A stretch of DNA of 64,000 nucleotides from the human T2T-CHM13v2.0 reference genome, Homo sapiens (GCF_009914755.1 NC_060945.1), one strand, 5' to 3'; shown: positions 14,090 through 27,644, counted from the stretch's first letter. Translations and numbers: made by a program. Notes: a model not told the origin generated them from the sequence alone.

Positions 14090-15090
14090 AACAAATCAAT
14101 GAGACAGTGATATTTGAGATGAGTCAAGTAAAGATGGTAGAGATAGTCAAGGCAAAGAAAACAGTCCAAGTAAATTTATATAGCATTCTGAAGTTTAGGG
14201 AATTAAAATTACTTTAGTGTAGCTGAGGTACAAAGTTCTAGATACAGCTATTTGAAAGATGTGCTTAGAGATAGAACCAGGGGTCAGATGATGGAGGGGA
14301 TTATATTCCATTCTCTGGAGTTTGTATTTGATGTCTAAAGTAGGGATTATTCACATCTCATACAGGCAAGTGATCTGTCTAAATATGCACTGGAGAAAGA
14401 CACTTTGAAGAGCCCAGTGAAAAATCCAGAAAGGTCACTCTATTCTCTTATAGTACTCCAGGTTATAGATGGATATATTAGGTAGGTGCAAAAGTAATTG
14501 CAGTTTTTTGCCATTAAATGTAATGGCAAAAGAAGTTAGAATTAGCAGACTGAGTAACTGGCTAGATGTGAGAAGTAGAGTAAATAGCGGGCCTAGAATG
14601 ATATTCAGGTTTTGCAGTTGACTGAATAGAGCGGCTGTGCTCAAAGATTGCGAGTAGAGAAAATTTGTTTGGGAGGGAACCAGGTCAAGCAGTAACAGGT
14701 ATGAGTTTGGCCATGTTCCAGTTGTGGTGCAATACACTTAATTCCAAGTGGAATTAAGCTCAGTTACAGCAAACGTTCTGCTTGGCATTTCCACTGAGAT
14801 ATCTGATACACATCACCATACCCTGTTCACAGCTGAATCCTCATTCTGCTTATTTTCTCATTACCCTAAATGGATATAATATCCATGCAAATAAGGGCTG
14901 CATTTGCTTTGTGGACCACTCTATTATCTGCCAAGCATTGTACCAAAGCCCCAAATATCCATATAATAAATCTTTAAATGATAAGTGCATAAAAGAGATA
15001 AAGGCTGAAATTAGAAAGTTGATTGTCACCAGGCTAGAGATGGAAGCTAAAACTTTAGGTGTAAATGAGATTGTTCAGGAATTAAGAATA
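14090..15090 (-). mobile_element. L2, fragmented, containing a MADE1 and an opposite-strand L2 piece
   Basis: L2 minus-strand motifs (gatatttgagatgagtc; gagtttggccatgtt...ccaagtgga; ggctgaaattagaaag...gtaaatgagattgttcagga). Confidence 0.65.
14478..14531. mobile_element. MADE1 (Hsmar1-derived MITE), right TIR mostly missing
   Basis: TA followed by ttaggtaggtgcaaaagtaattgcagttttttgccattaaatgtaatggcaaaa, matching the MADE1 left TIR and centre. Confidence 0.9.
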
Positions 15091-16817
15091 GTGTGTTCTG
15101 TCTATGTAAAAAATAATATTGTTACATTTCTTTTCCTCCTAGAATACCTGGAATGTAAATCCTAAAGTTAAGGATTCATGAGAATAGGATATTGAAACAT
15201 GTATCTAATGAGCATCAGACAGTGTGCTAGCCACTTTACATATATATGACCCTCACATAAGGTCTCCAAGAGCCTCATCATGTTTTCTTTGATTAATTCA
15301 TACAAATTTTAGAAAAAAATCAGTATTAAAACTTGAATGTATTAATATAAATTTTCTTACAGGACAATGGAAATATATCACATGCAAGTATACAATCTGC
15401 ACCTGATTCAAAAAATAGCTACATCTATTTCAGCAAAAGAGTAAAATAATTTGTTTTGGGAAAGGTTTTGTTTTTAAGTACATTAAGCACTAAAATTTAC
15501 ATCATGTTAAATTTACATGTTTTGCATAAGCCTGGGTTTGACTAGCAATAAAAAACAAAATCCTGCTGTTACAATATCTGAAAAACAATTGTCATAAGAA
15601 AATTTGTAACTGATATTCATGCTTCCATTGCAAAGACATCACTAACAGAATGCAAAGCTGATAGCATAGCTGTATCTCGTATTCAGTTTTGTTCTTGTGA
15701 TATATGATGCTACCTTGCTATGAATCATACTGTGACTCAGACATTACCAATGTGACTACTATTTAGTTTTATATAAGGCTGTATTTTTTTTTCCTTCTAG
15801 TTTTGGTGTGGCCTTTATTTTGCTTATGGCATCCTTTTTTCTAGCTTTACTGAAGTATAATTAAAAAGTAAAGAAATTGTACATATTTTAAGTTGTATCA
15901 AATGATTTGGTATACTTTTACATTGTGAAATGGCTACCACAATCAAACTAATAAGTACATCTATCACCTCACGTACTTTAACTTTTTGTGTGTGTGCCTG
16001 TTGTGAGAACACTCGAGAGCCATTCGCTTAGCAAATTTCATATATAAAATGCATTATTAATTAACTATAGTGACCATAATATACATTAGATTCTCCAAAC
16101 TGATTCGTCTTATTACTGAAATTTTGTACTGTTTGAGCAAAATCTCCCAGTTTCCCGCACACCTTGGCCACTGGCAACACCATTCTGTTTGTGAGTCTGA
16201 CTATTTTAGATTCGATACATAAGTGAGCTCATACAATGTTTATCTTTTTCTGTCTGACTTATTTCGCTTAGCATAACTTTCTCCAGTTTAATCCACCTTG
16301 TCATAAATTACAGGATTTTCTTCATTTTAAATGGTGAATAATACTCCACTGTGCATGCGCGCACACGAGTGTGTGTGTGTACAATTTTAACAATGTATTC
16401 ATACATGGACAGACATGTTTCCATATTTTGGCTGTGGTAAATAAAGAAAATGGTAGTGCACATAACTCATCTTGTTACTAATTTCTTTGCCTTTGGATAT
16501 ATACCTGGAAAGTGTATTGCTGGATTATATGAATATTCTATTCTTAATTTTTTTGAGGAAACTCAATACTGTTTTTCATAATAACTGTGATAATTTACAT
16601 TTCCAACAGCAGTGTATAAGGGTTCTCTTTTCTCCACACTCTTGACAATATTTGTAACTTTTTTTCTTTTTGATAATAATCCTAACAGGTGTGAGGTGAT
16701 ATCTTATGCTTTTGATTTGCATTTCCCTGATGATTAGTGATGTTGAGCAACATTTCTTGTATTTGTTGGTTATTTGTATGTCTTCTTTGAAAAAAATGTC
16801 AACTCAGGTCCTTTGCC

Positions 16818-17045
16818 TTTTTTTTTTTAATTTCATCACCTCAAATATTTATCATTTCTGTGTTGTGAAAACATTTAAAATCCTCTGTTTTACTACTTTG
16901 AAATATATAAGACCTCATTATTAACCATAGTCACCATGTTTTCCAATACATACCAGAACGTACTACTTACATGTAACTGAAACTCTGTGCCCATTGACCA
17001 ATGTGTCCCTTTTCTACATCTACCTTCACTGCTGGCACCCCACAC
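16818..17045 (-). mobile_element. Nested L1MA4-7-like 3' UTR fragment
   Basis: poly-T then catcacctcaaatatttatcatttctgtgttgtgaaaacatttaaaatcc...; host L1 resumes at ccattttcaatc. Confidence 0.7.
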
Positions 17046-17114
17046 CATTTTCAATCACGTAAATTACTTTATCACTGTTGAGTTTTATGTCTGTCTTATA
17101 TATTTTAAATATTA

Positions 17115-17241
17115 GCTCCTTATCATGGTTTACCCCTATTGTATGGTTTATTTTGTCTCTATTATATGTTATATTTGCCCCTTATTATATGGTTTGCTCC
17201 TATTATATGGTTTATAATATATTAGCCCTGATATATGGTTT
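17115..17241 (+). repeat. Degenerate minisatellite, about 6 units with core gcccctattatatggttt
   Basis: Six variants of cc(t)tattatatggttt with variable AT spacers, inside the L1MA. Confidence 0.8.
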
Positions 17242-18651
17242 GAAAACACTTTGTCTCATTGTGTAGGCTGTATTTTTACTTCGTTGTTTCCTTTGCTGTG
17301 CAGAAGCCTTTTCATTTGATGTAGTTCATTTGTTTATTTTTGTTTTGTTGCCTGTGCTTTTGATGTCATATTAAAAAAAATTGCCAAGACTTCAAGGAGC
17401 TTTTACATTTAAATTTTTAATCCATTTCAATTAATTTCTGTGTATGGCGTAAGGTAAGGGCACAATTTTGTTCTTTGACATGTAGCTATCCAATTTTCCT
17501 GGCATAATTCATTGAAGAGACTATCATTTTCCCATTTGGTTTTCGTGATACCCTTGTTAAAGATTAATTTACCATATATGAGGGGAGGCTTTGTTTCTAT
17601 CTATTTTGTTCTATTGGTCTATTTATCTGTTCTTCTGTCAGAACCATACTGTTTTGATTATTATCATTTCATAATATAGTTTAAAGTGAGGATGTTTCTC
17701 CAGCTTTGTTTCTTTATTCAAAATGCTTTGACTATTCATGGTCTTTTGTGGTTCCACAAATGTTTTAGAATTGCTTTTTCTATTTTTGTGAAAAATGCTG
17801 TTAGAGTTTGGATAGGGATTGCATTGAATCCGTAGATTGTTTTGGGTAATACAGACATTTTAACATTATCAGTTCTTCTAGTCCATGTACACAGAATAAC
17901 TTTCCATTAATTTTTGTTTTCTTAAATTTCTTTCATCTTTTTTTGTAGTTTTCAGTTCACAGATCTTTCACTTTGTTGGTTAAATGTGTGCCTAAGTATT
18001 TTATTGTTTTATTAATGCTATTAGGAATAGGATTGTTTTCTTAATTTCTGTTTTGGATAGTTTGCTGTTATGTATAGAAAAACAACATATTTTTTATGTT
18101 GACTTTTTATCCCTCTATTTTATGAATTCTTTTATTCTAAAAGTATTTTGGTAGCATGTTTAGAATTTTTGATATTTAAAATAATATGCTTTGCAAACCA
18201 GAACATTTAACTTCTTCCTTTCTGATTTGGATGTCTTTTTTTTTTTATCTTGCACAGTTGTTCTAAGACTTTCTGTACTATGTTGAATAGAGGTGGTGAG
18301 AGTGGGCATACTTGCCTTGCTCTTGATTTTTGAAGAAAGCTTCTGGCAATTCACCATTAGGTATGATGCTAGTTGTGAGCTTGTCATTGTGGCCTTTATT
18401 ATGTTGAAGTGCATTCCTTTTAAAAATAACTTGCTGAGTTTTTTTTTCATAAAAGATTGTTGAATTTTGAATGTTTTTTTCTGCATCTTTTGATTGAGAT
18501 GATCAATTTTATTATCCGTTCTGTTAAAAAGGTGTATCTTATTTATTGATTTACATATGTTGAACCATCCTTAAATTTCATAGATATGTCCCACTTTATC
18601 ATGGTACATTATTACCTTGTAATAATTTTTTGAATTGAGTTTCCTAGTATT

Positions 18652-19237
18652 TGTGGCTTCTTCACTCCCCTAGTTTGACGAGTGAGAGGGAGTGTTACAG
18701 TTCTTCCACTCTCATAGTTCAGCAAACAGGAGGGAGTGTTACCATCTTTTCACTCCACACGTTCGGCCAGTTCCAAGTTCTTGTGTCACAACCAAGAAGA
18801 ATGAGGGACGTGGACACCAGAAAGTGCATGAGGCAGAGTAGAATTTTATTAAGCAACAGAAAGAAAGCTCTCAGCAATGAGAGACGACCTGAAAGAGGGT
18901 TGCCAGTTGCCAGGCTGAGTCCAGGATTTCTATGGGCTTGGAATGGGGAAATGAGTGCTGATTGATTTATGAGTAGGCTTAGAAAAAGTGCCATTCAGAA
19001 AGAGGAACGATAGTGTAAAGAACCAAGCAGAGACTGAAGTGGAGGCTTGGCCAGGACCCTGGCCTGGGGCCAATCAGGAGCCGAGTAGGAATATAAGTTC
19101 TCACTCCAGTCTGCGGATTCTATCTGGAATTGGTAGTTTGGTTTTCAGGCTTCAGGATGTTGCTGGCTTGAAGGTTGAGTTTTGCCAGGGACCCATCACA
19201 ATCTGCCTAGGAATTTGTCTGCCTCTGATTGCTGTCA
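18652..19237 (-). mobile_element. ERV1 solo LTR (LTR27/MER52-group)
   Basis: TG...CA ends; interrupts L1 ctagtatt|ttgttgagg; family motifs gttcttgtgtcacaaccaagaagaatgagg and gcctaggaatttgtctgcctc; AATAAA on the minus strand; three roughly 43-bp gagggagtgttac units. Confidence 0.8.
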
Positions 19238-20591
19238 TTTTGTTGAGGTATATTGCATCTATGTTCACCAAGAATATCAACTTTTAACTTTTTTTTTTTG
19301 TGGTATCCTTACGTTGCTTTGTAATAGGATAATAACAGCTCGGAAAAATCAGTTTGCATGCATCCTTTCCTTTTCAATTTTTTGGAAGAGTTGAAAAGTA
19401 TTTGTGTTAGTTCTTTAAATGGAAGAATTAACCTGTGAATTCACTGTGAACATTCACTTGGTCATGGATTTTTTGTTGTTGTTGTTAGAAGGATTTTTAT
19501 TAAACCTTTAATCTTCTTACTTAATTTTTACTTCAGATTTTCTATTTCTTTATGATTCAGTCTTAGTAGGTAGTATGTTTTAAGAATTTATCTATTTCTT
19601 CTAGGTTATTCAATTATTGGATTATAATTGTTCATAGTAGTTTTTATGATCCTTTGTATTTCTCTGTTATCAGTTGTAAGTTCTCCGTTTTCTTTTATGA
19701 TTTTGAGTCTTCTCTCTTTTCTTAATACAGACATTAAAAGCTATGTACTTCCTTCTTATAACTGCTCTTGATGCATCCAGAAAGTTTTGCTATGTTGTAT
19801 TTCTATTTTTGTCTGTAGATACATTTTGATTTTATTTTTGATTTCTTCTTTAACCTATTGTTTTTCAAGAATATGTTGTTTAATTTCCACATATTTGTGA
19901 AATTTCCAATTTTCCTCCTGTTAACCTATCTCTAGTTTCAAAACATTGTAGAGAAAATTTACCTGATACTACGTTATTCTTCTTAAATTTGTTAATACTT
20001 GCTTTGTGGCCTGCCTACTATTCCTTATTTAGAATCAAAAGCGTTCTTATTTTATCCAAAACCTTCCATATGTATATTTCTGAATTTAAAAAATTGCAAT
20101 AGTAGTTCATTATTCATTGAAATTCTTCAGAGTGTATCAGTAATTAAAGTCTTAAATATTTTTGTAAAAGTAAATAAATCAACATAAGAATGCTATAAAT
20201 GTAGGAGATTCTGGAAATTGTATTCACTGTATGATAATGTTTAACTTTATGTCCACCTATGTTTCTCACACTTAGAGGGAAAAAGCAAGTCTTCTGTTAT
20301 AAAGGTTTCCAAATGCATAAGCTTAGATAATTATTTTTCTTGAGTCTAAAACTTGTTTTTTTACAGATAAATTATTATACAAAAGAGTTGAGGTTTATAA
20401 TTGAAGAACAAGATAGGTTTCAATTCAATTCAAGAGAAATTTTGTTATTTTATTTAGGCTTAGATTGTTATGTGTGTGTGAATATATTTATATAAAAAAA
20501 CTTGAAAATATTATAAAATATACCATCTAAAACACACACAAAAATTGTAATCACGATGTCTAAATGACTCTTTATTTTTAAAAAAAGTATC

Positions 20592-20825
20592 CAGGAGTCC
20601 AGAGTTTTCCTTTTTTTTTTTTTTTGGTAAGGAGTCAGATACCAAATAATTTAGGCCTTTTAGAAAATATGCTCTTTCTTATGACTGCTTAGCTCTACTG
20701 TTGCAGTTTAAAAGTAGTTAAAACTATTGGCAAATAGAAGGAGTCAACTATGTTTCAATGAATGCATTTAGAGAAACAGACAGCAAGACAGATTTGCCTG
20801 GTGAGTACTATTTTGCTGACCTGTG
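20592..20825 (+). mobile_element. MER58A (hAT-Charlie MITE)
   Basis: caggagtc...gtaaggagtcagataccaaataatttaggcc...cagatttgcctggtgagtactattttgctgacctgtg followed by ctctagga (Charlie-type target). Confidence 0.75.
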
Positions 20826-21249
20826 CTCTAGGATTAGAAATATTTTCTTTTATAGGATGAAAAAACCGAGCATCATATAAATAAAATAAAATGCTTAATG
20901 CATACAACTAGCTAAGTAATGGGAGGCTATGTCAAATCAGTACAGATGATCTCTAGCACATTATAGAGTATTAAAACTCATTTTTCTTTTCACTGCTCCA
21001 TATCTGTGTTAAATTTTATGATGAATAACCTAACTTACATTAAGATGTGCAAATATTTTCTTCCATCGTGTAGCTATACTTCTGGCCCTTGGACTTTTTA
21101 TCTGCAGGATTAAAGACTAGAGACTAGAAAATGCTGCATAAAACAGAAGGTTTCTCTTTTCTTTTATTGTGAGCCATATAACCTTAAATGGAATGTGAAG
21201 AACTCTAAGGTGTTTCATAAAAGCAAATATATTTTATAAGAGATATGGA

Positions 21250-21420
21250 AAATATGATATACAGAAAGTTCTAAGAATCGGGACAGTTTTGTCTAGAGGA
21301 AAAAGGGCTTACACTGATTTAATTGCAATCTTCAGCATATGAAAATATGTTCTTATTAGAATAGATTCTAGATTTCTTTACGTAGTAGAAATTTTCAAAA
21401 ATGGATTTTGAAAGTTTCAA
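21250..21420 (+). mobile_element. L3/CR1 3' fragment
   Basis: ttttgtctagaggaaaaagggctta...gatttaattgcaatcttcagcatatgaaa resembles the CR1 ORF2 end. Confidence 0.45.
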
Positions 21421-22786
21421 CTAGCAATCACTGTCTCCTTTTAAATATGGGTTTTTAAGAAAATCATTATATTTTATTTTTTTCATCAAATTTTAAGAGA
21501 ATAATATTAGTATATATTAGACATAATACAAAACTGGAAAAAATGCGGTATAGTTCTGATTTTATATCTAACTAGAAATGAAAATTGTGCAAGCTAATTC
21601 ATTGGTGTATTGTTTCTTATTCAGAAAACAGCATCTGTGAGCCAGGTTTTCTCGTTGAATCTAAAATATAATTGTTTCAAAAACTTCTCAGCTAAATACA
21701 GCAAGAAAATATATGTCTTCACTAACACACACAGACACACACATACATACACACACAGTTCAATAAATTCTCTGTAACCATATTCATTTATAAAAAGCTA
21801 AAAAGCTAAATATGAGTTCATACTGATGCCTTCACCTCAAATCCATTACCATATTGACTATTCTGGACAACTTCTTTGCTCGTATTTGTAATATATGTTC
21901 TTAGTCCAATAGTAAGAACCCTGGCTCCCACATCTGCCATCCATTAATTCAATTGTTCAGTTCCAGTATATATGTTTATTGATGTAAGAATTTTTAACCC
22001 ATACCTCTATTGGAAAAATGTTATCAACTAGAGAACAGTACATATGTATTACAAACTAAAATTCATTTCCAAAGTTGCGTAAGATGGCAACTTTTCCCTC
22101 CACTCCCTTCACTGAGGTTGTTTAATACATTTGAAGTGCAGTTATATTCTCTTGTCACAATCTGCATTCCTTCCAAGATCCCATGTTTTTCCAATTATTT
22201 TTAAATGTTGCATAGATTATTGTTTACTCTTTTTGCTATAGTTTTGTAAGTTTTGACAAATACAAAACTTCTTATATGCAATATTAAAGAATTATACAGA
22301 TTATTTTAACTGCTTTCAAAATCTCTTGCACGTCATCTATTCAGCCTTCCTCCCTTTCTCCTGAATGTATGCCAACCACTGTTACTTCTACCGTTTCTGT
22401 ATTTTTTTCCTTTTCTAGAACACTATATAATTGGAGGTGTATAGTGTGTAGCATTTACACACTGGCTTTCTTCTCATAGCAAATATCCGTTGGTTTCACT
22501 CATTCTTTTCTTGGTTTAATAGCTCATTTATTTTTTCCCTGAAAAACCTTCCATTGAATGAATGGATTGACCACAGTTGGTTTATTCATTAATCTACTGA
22601 AAGACATTTCAGCAAATTCGAATTTTGGACTCTTATAAATAAAGCTGCTATATGCTTTCATATAAAGTGTCTTTATTTGCTTGTTTTTGCTTTGATATTT
22701 CTTGGTTTTGTAGATGTAGGCTTGCAAATTAATAAATACCTGGAAGTGTAATTTTTGGATATTATAGTAAAACTATATTTGGTTTT

Positions 22787-23188
22787 TGTCTTAGTTCATT
22801 TTCTGTTGCTATAACAAAATATCATGGCCTGGGTAATTTGAAAATAAAACAAATTTACTTTCTAAACGTTTGGAAGCTGGGAAGTCCAAGAACATGGTGC
22901 TAGCATCTGCTGAGAGCCTTCTTACTTTGTTATAGTGTGGCAAAAATGCAAGCGAGCATGCAAGAGAGAAAGATTAAATTGGGCCAAATTCCTCTTTCTC
23001 ATGAGCCCTCTTTATTATGAGCTCACTCCCACAATAACTAACCCACTCCTAAGATGGCAGCATTAATGTATTCATGAGATAGAAGCCTTCACAATCTAAC
23101 GACTTCTTAAAGGCTCCACCTCTTCATGCTGTTACGTTGGCAGTTACATTTTAATATGAGTTTTGGAAGAGACATTCAAATCATAGTA
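22787..23188 (-). mobile_element. MSTC/MSTD MaLR solo LTR nested in L1MC3
   Basis: tgtcttagttcattttctgttgctataacaaaata...gctgggaagtccaagaacatggtgctagcatctg...gacattcaaatcatagta; degenerate 5-bp TSD gtttt/tcttt. Confidence 0.88.
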
Positions 23189-25598
23189 TCTTTGTAAGAA
23201 ACTGCCACTCTCTTCTAAATTGACTGTACATTTCACTTTCCCACCATCAAGGAATGGAAGTTCATGTCACTCTACATCCTTGACAGCAGTTAATATGGTC
23301 AGTTCTTTGGATTTTAGCTAATCTAATATGTGTGCAGTAATATGTTAATGCTGTGTTACATTGCAATGCTTTGTTGACAAGTGATATTAAACGTATTTTC
23401 ATATGCTTATTTTCAATCTGGATTTTTTTTTCTGGTTAAGTGTGTGTTCATATCTTTTGCCCATAGTGTAATTGTGTTGTTTGATTCTTTATTACTGAGC
23501 TTTCAGAGTTCTTTGAATATTTTTGATATATATTTTTATCTTTTATGTTTTGCAAATGTTTCCCCTTAGTCTGTGATTTGTCTTATCATTTTCTTTACAG
23601 TTTCCTATGCAGAGAGGCAGAGAGTAAACTTTTCATTTTAATAGTGCAATTTACAATTTTTAGTTTCATGGGATAGAGTGTTTGCTGTTATATCTAGAAA
23701 TTCATTACAAAGCCCAAGGTCACCTAGAGCTTCTCCTAGATTTTCTTACAGAAGTTTGATACTTTTGCATTTTGCATTTAGGTCTGAGATCAACCTCACT
23801 TTAATTTTTATAAGAGGTAAATTCTATGTCTGGATTCATTTATTTCTGCATATGAATGTATAATCATTTTAGCATCATTTTTGTAAAGATTATTTTTTCT
23901 CCAATGAATTGGATTTGTTCATTTTCCAACATTTACCCAAATATATTTCTGTGGCCATATGTTTTAGTTTTATGTTCTGTTTCATTGTTCTAGGTGTGTA
24001 TTATATTATACCACACTGTCTTAATTATTTTCATGCATTGTTATTAGATACATGTATCTTTAAGATTATTATGTCTTCTTGGAGATTTGACCTTACTATC
24101 TTTATGTAATGAATGTCTTTATCCTTGATACCTTGCCTTATTCTGAAGTCTTCTTTGTCTAAAATTAACATATTTATGCTACATTTTATTAGCATTAGCA
24201 TTATATATCTTTCTCCATCAATTTTATGTTTAGTCTAATGGTATCTCTATATCGAAAGATTTTTTGTAGATATCATATAGTTGGATCTTGTTTAATATCT
24301 TTTTAAATTAAAAAATAATATATGATGTTTAGATGGTATTTAGACCACTCATATTCTAAAATCTGCCCCAGTTGTAGCTGTTTTCTATTTGCTGCACTTG
24401 TTGTTGTCTTCCACCCCCAACTCTGCCTTTTAACTCCTTTCTGGCTTAATAGAGCATCTTTTTTAAGATCCCATTTTCTCTTGTCTCAGTATATTTCACT
24501 TCTTTTGTAAAAGAAATATATTTGTCCTAGAGTTTGCAATACAATTTTACAACCAATATAAGTCCACTCTGAAATAGTACTGTATCACTTCATGGTTTTG
24601 CATGTACCTTAAAACACAGCATTCTCAAGTCTTCTCTTCTGTGTCTGGTAATATTGTTGCCATTCATTTCACTTAGACAAACAATATAGTTACCCAATAC
24701 AATGCTTGTTATTATTTTAAACTAGTGTTATCAATTAGATTAGATGAAATAAAAGTAATAATTTTCTTTTGCCTTAATCTATTCCTTCTCTTATTACTTT
24801 ATATAGATTCAAGTTTTTCATCTATATCATTTTTTTCTCTCTGAAATACTGTTTTTAACTTTTCTTTCAGGATAGCTGTGTCAACAAATTTGCTTGGATT
24901 TTTGTTTGAAAAACCTTTATTTCTCTTTCATTTTTGAAGGGCATTTTTCCTGGTTGTGTTTTCTTTACTTTTCTTCCATACTCTCTTTGTTGCATGTTTT
25001 TTTAAATGAAAAATCTGTTTCTTTATTTTACTTGTTCCTCAATATTTTATCTTTTTCTTTTATTTTTGGAGCTGCAATATAATATCCTGGTGTAGATTTT
25101 ACAGTATTTTTTCTGCTTGGTGCTCTGAGAGCTTCCTGTTTGCTGCCAGCCATTAATTTTGGGAAATTTCTGGCCATGATGATTTTAAATAATTCTTGTG
25201 CTCCATCTTTCCCTCTCCTTCTGATATACCAGTTGTACAAACGCTGCCCCCCTTTTTTTTAGAATTTTCTCACAGTTCTTGGATTTTTTTCTCTTTGCAT
25301 TTAAATTTGAGAAATTTCTATTGACATATATTCAAGTTCAGAAAAGTTTTTCTTTGTAGTGTCAAGTTTACTAATGACTTACCAAAGGCATTCTTCATTT
25401 CTGTTACAATGTTATTGATATCAACCATTTTCTCAATATTTCCTTAGTGTTCCCATTTCTCTGCATATGTTATCCATCAAATCTTGCACACTGTAACCTT
25501 TTTTAATTAGAGACCTTAACATATTAGTCATAGTTATTTTAAATTTTCTGACGTAATTCTAAATATTGTCATATCTTCATTTCTAATGTTGGACTTAG

Positions 25599-25652
25599 TG
25601 TGTATGTGTGTGTATATATATATATATATACTATATATGTATATATATATAT
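25599..25652. repeat. (TG)n(TA)n compound microsatellite
   Basis: Directly visible. Confidence 0.9.
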
Positions 25653-26289
25653 CTTTTGTAAGTTATGTATGATGTTTTATGTAATAGGACTGAGATAAGT
25701 AGGCCTTTTGTTGTTTTAGGTTATTCTGGCTAGAAGTTGTTCTGGGTTTAATGCTTACTGTATCTGTGTCCTTGTTTTTTCACTCCTCTGTTGCTTCCCT
25801 AAAAACTCCTTCTACAATAAAATCCTGCACCTCTTTTACGTGTAATCCAATATTGAAATCTTGTTGATGTGGTGTTAAGATGTAAGGGAGGTCAAGTGTT
25901 CTATAACTTTATAATTACATCTCCGTCTTTTAAGGGTCTGTGTTCCTGGTCTATGGTTTTAAATACGCTTTTTATCAGCCTTTAAGTAGGAAAAGAAATC
26001 TAGTGAGAATAGGAGTTGGTAATTGCCTGCTCACTAAGTGAGATAAGGCTCTGATAAAGTATTTTCCCCGATGGGTACTCATTTGTTAAGAACATTTTGG
26101 TTGTATTTCTAAATGGTCACTTCCCTACACTCCTGCCAGAGACCATGAGGGGATTTTTCTTGACAATTCATTGTAGGGATGAGAGGAGAGTTTCCAAACA
26201 CCTTACATTTCACAAGTAAACTCAGAAGCCACTTGCTTTCAAATAGCACCAAAATATATAAATTAAAATATTTCAAATCTTATAGACTA

Positions 26290-26790
26290 TTTACTGGATC
26301 CTTTTTCAAACAGTTATTACTTCTCATTTAGAAAACTCTCCTTTTCCTGGTTTTACTTGACAACACACAATCTAAATGCATTTTTTTCACCTATGGATAG
26401 TGATTCACCCTTCCCATGTCATTAATGTTTAGGTGTTCCCAAAATACTTTGTAAATATTGTTTCTTACATTTTTACTCTTTTCCACAGATATTCTATATA
26501 CTCCCATAGCTCCAGTTCATAATTTGTCGATTATTTTTACCTTTATATTTCCAATAATGTCTTCTCGCTTACTATTGAGTACTATACTCAAATTAGTAAA
26601 CTAATACTCATCCTGTGAAAAACGCCACCTTCTTGCAAACACCAACAAACTTGCTGTCTTTATTGAATATCTCCACCTTTGACAATGACACAGTGGTGCA
26701 TATACATATCATTTTATAAATATTCACAATATTCATGGATACCCCCTTCCCTGCAATTCACTCCTATGATCCTCAAATGTTATTGGGATT
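26290..26790 (+). mobile_element. L2 fragment
   Basis: Pyrimidine-rich L2-like sequence (gaaaactctccttttcctggtttt...aatgtttaggtgttcccaa...ctcccatagctccagtt). Confidence 0.5.
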
Positions 26791-27644
26791 CAAATAAAAA
26801 GCCCTATTTTTATAGTCATAATATATACTAATTAATTATAGGTGAAAATATAGGAACAATCTTCTTTTAAAAAAATGCATATTTACTTTTCCTCCATTTT
26901 ATTATTTGGATGAGTGGGAGTTTATCAGTGTTAATATATTAAATATGAATTTCTCATTGATTATCTGAGTATACACAAAGGCAGGTGTAATTATTTAATA
27001 TTTTCCACGCTGCTTTAGGACATTAAATTTAAAATAATTTCATTATTTTATTTATGCATGTAAATATATATGTGTGTGTGTATTACACATACCATCATAT
27101 GCCTAATGAAGATGATTTAAAATTTGCTAAATGCTGCATATTGTGTAATAAGTGTGGTAGGAAACAATATTTATAGTTTTACAACATGAACAGTTATAAA
27201 ATAAAGCAATTGATCTCCCTGGTATAAAAGCTTACTTTTAGATGTAATTTTTAAAATAATTAAATGCAACATTTCAGTACCTCCTTCAAGAAGAAATTAT
27301 GTAAACCCATAGAAGAAAATTTGATGGTTTATAGGCAGGAGAATGAAGCTGTATGACACCTGATAGGTGGTGTTGAATCCTATTGATACATTTAGTAACT
27401 GATTCTACAGATCAATAATGGCAATAATCATGGTGATTTACTGTGAAGGGAATATATTTTGGTGGTATTTAGGCCTTGACTGACAATATTTAAAAGACGA
27501 ATTGAATAATCTGCCATGTTAAGCTTCTCATGAAGACTTTAATGTATCTTTGATTTGCCATAAGAAGAGTGAATTCCTTATTGTTTAAAAGCATTGTGTT
27601 GAATCAGAATATTTTATTAGATCTGTGCAGTGTTTATATGTTAA

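Larger units (their letters stand above)
15835..20010 (-). mobile_element. L1MA8/9-like LINE-1 (3' UTR plus part of ORF2) with nested insertions
   Basis: Reverse L1MA terminus (ctttactgaagtataatt...cattgtgaaatggctaccacaatcaaacta...) and continuous degenerate ORF2; the ORF-track entry 18160..18486 is a frameshifted ORF2 remnant. Confidence 0.88.
21780..26170 (-). mobile_element. L1MC3-like LINE-1: 3' UTR, ORF2 with large internal gap, ORF1 remnant, 5' region
   Basis: L1MC3-type 3' UTR (atgagttcatactgatg...ctggctcccacatctgccatccat); ORF 25028..25240 (-) ELFKIIMARNFPKLM...QEALRAPSRKNTVKSTP...KEKDKILR is ORF1p-like. Confidence 0.8.

Noticed and set aside
14478-14531. miR-548-like precursor
   Set aside because: Right TIR is missing; the remaining stem of 11 bp is too short for a pre-miRNA
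18652-18780. Regularly spaced repeats (about 43-bp period) superficially like a repeat-spacer array
   Set aside because: Degenerate tandem units within an ERV1 LTR in a primate genome; not CRISPR
25028-25240. 70-aa ORF similar to an RNA-binding protein
   Set aside because: Decayed L1 ORF1p fragment with no sign of domestication (short, gapped, flanked by stops)
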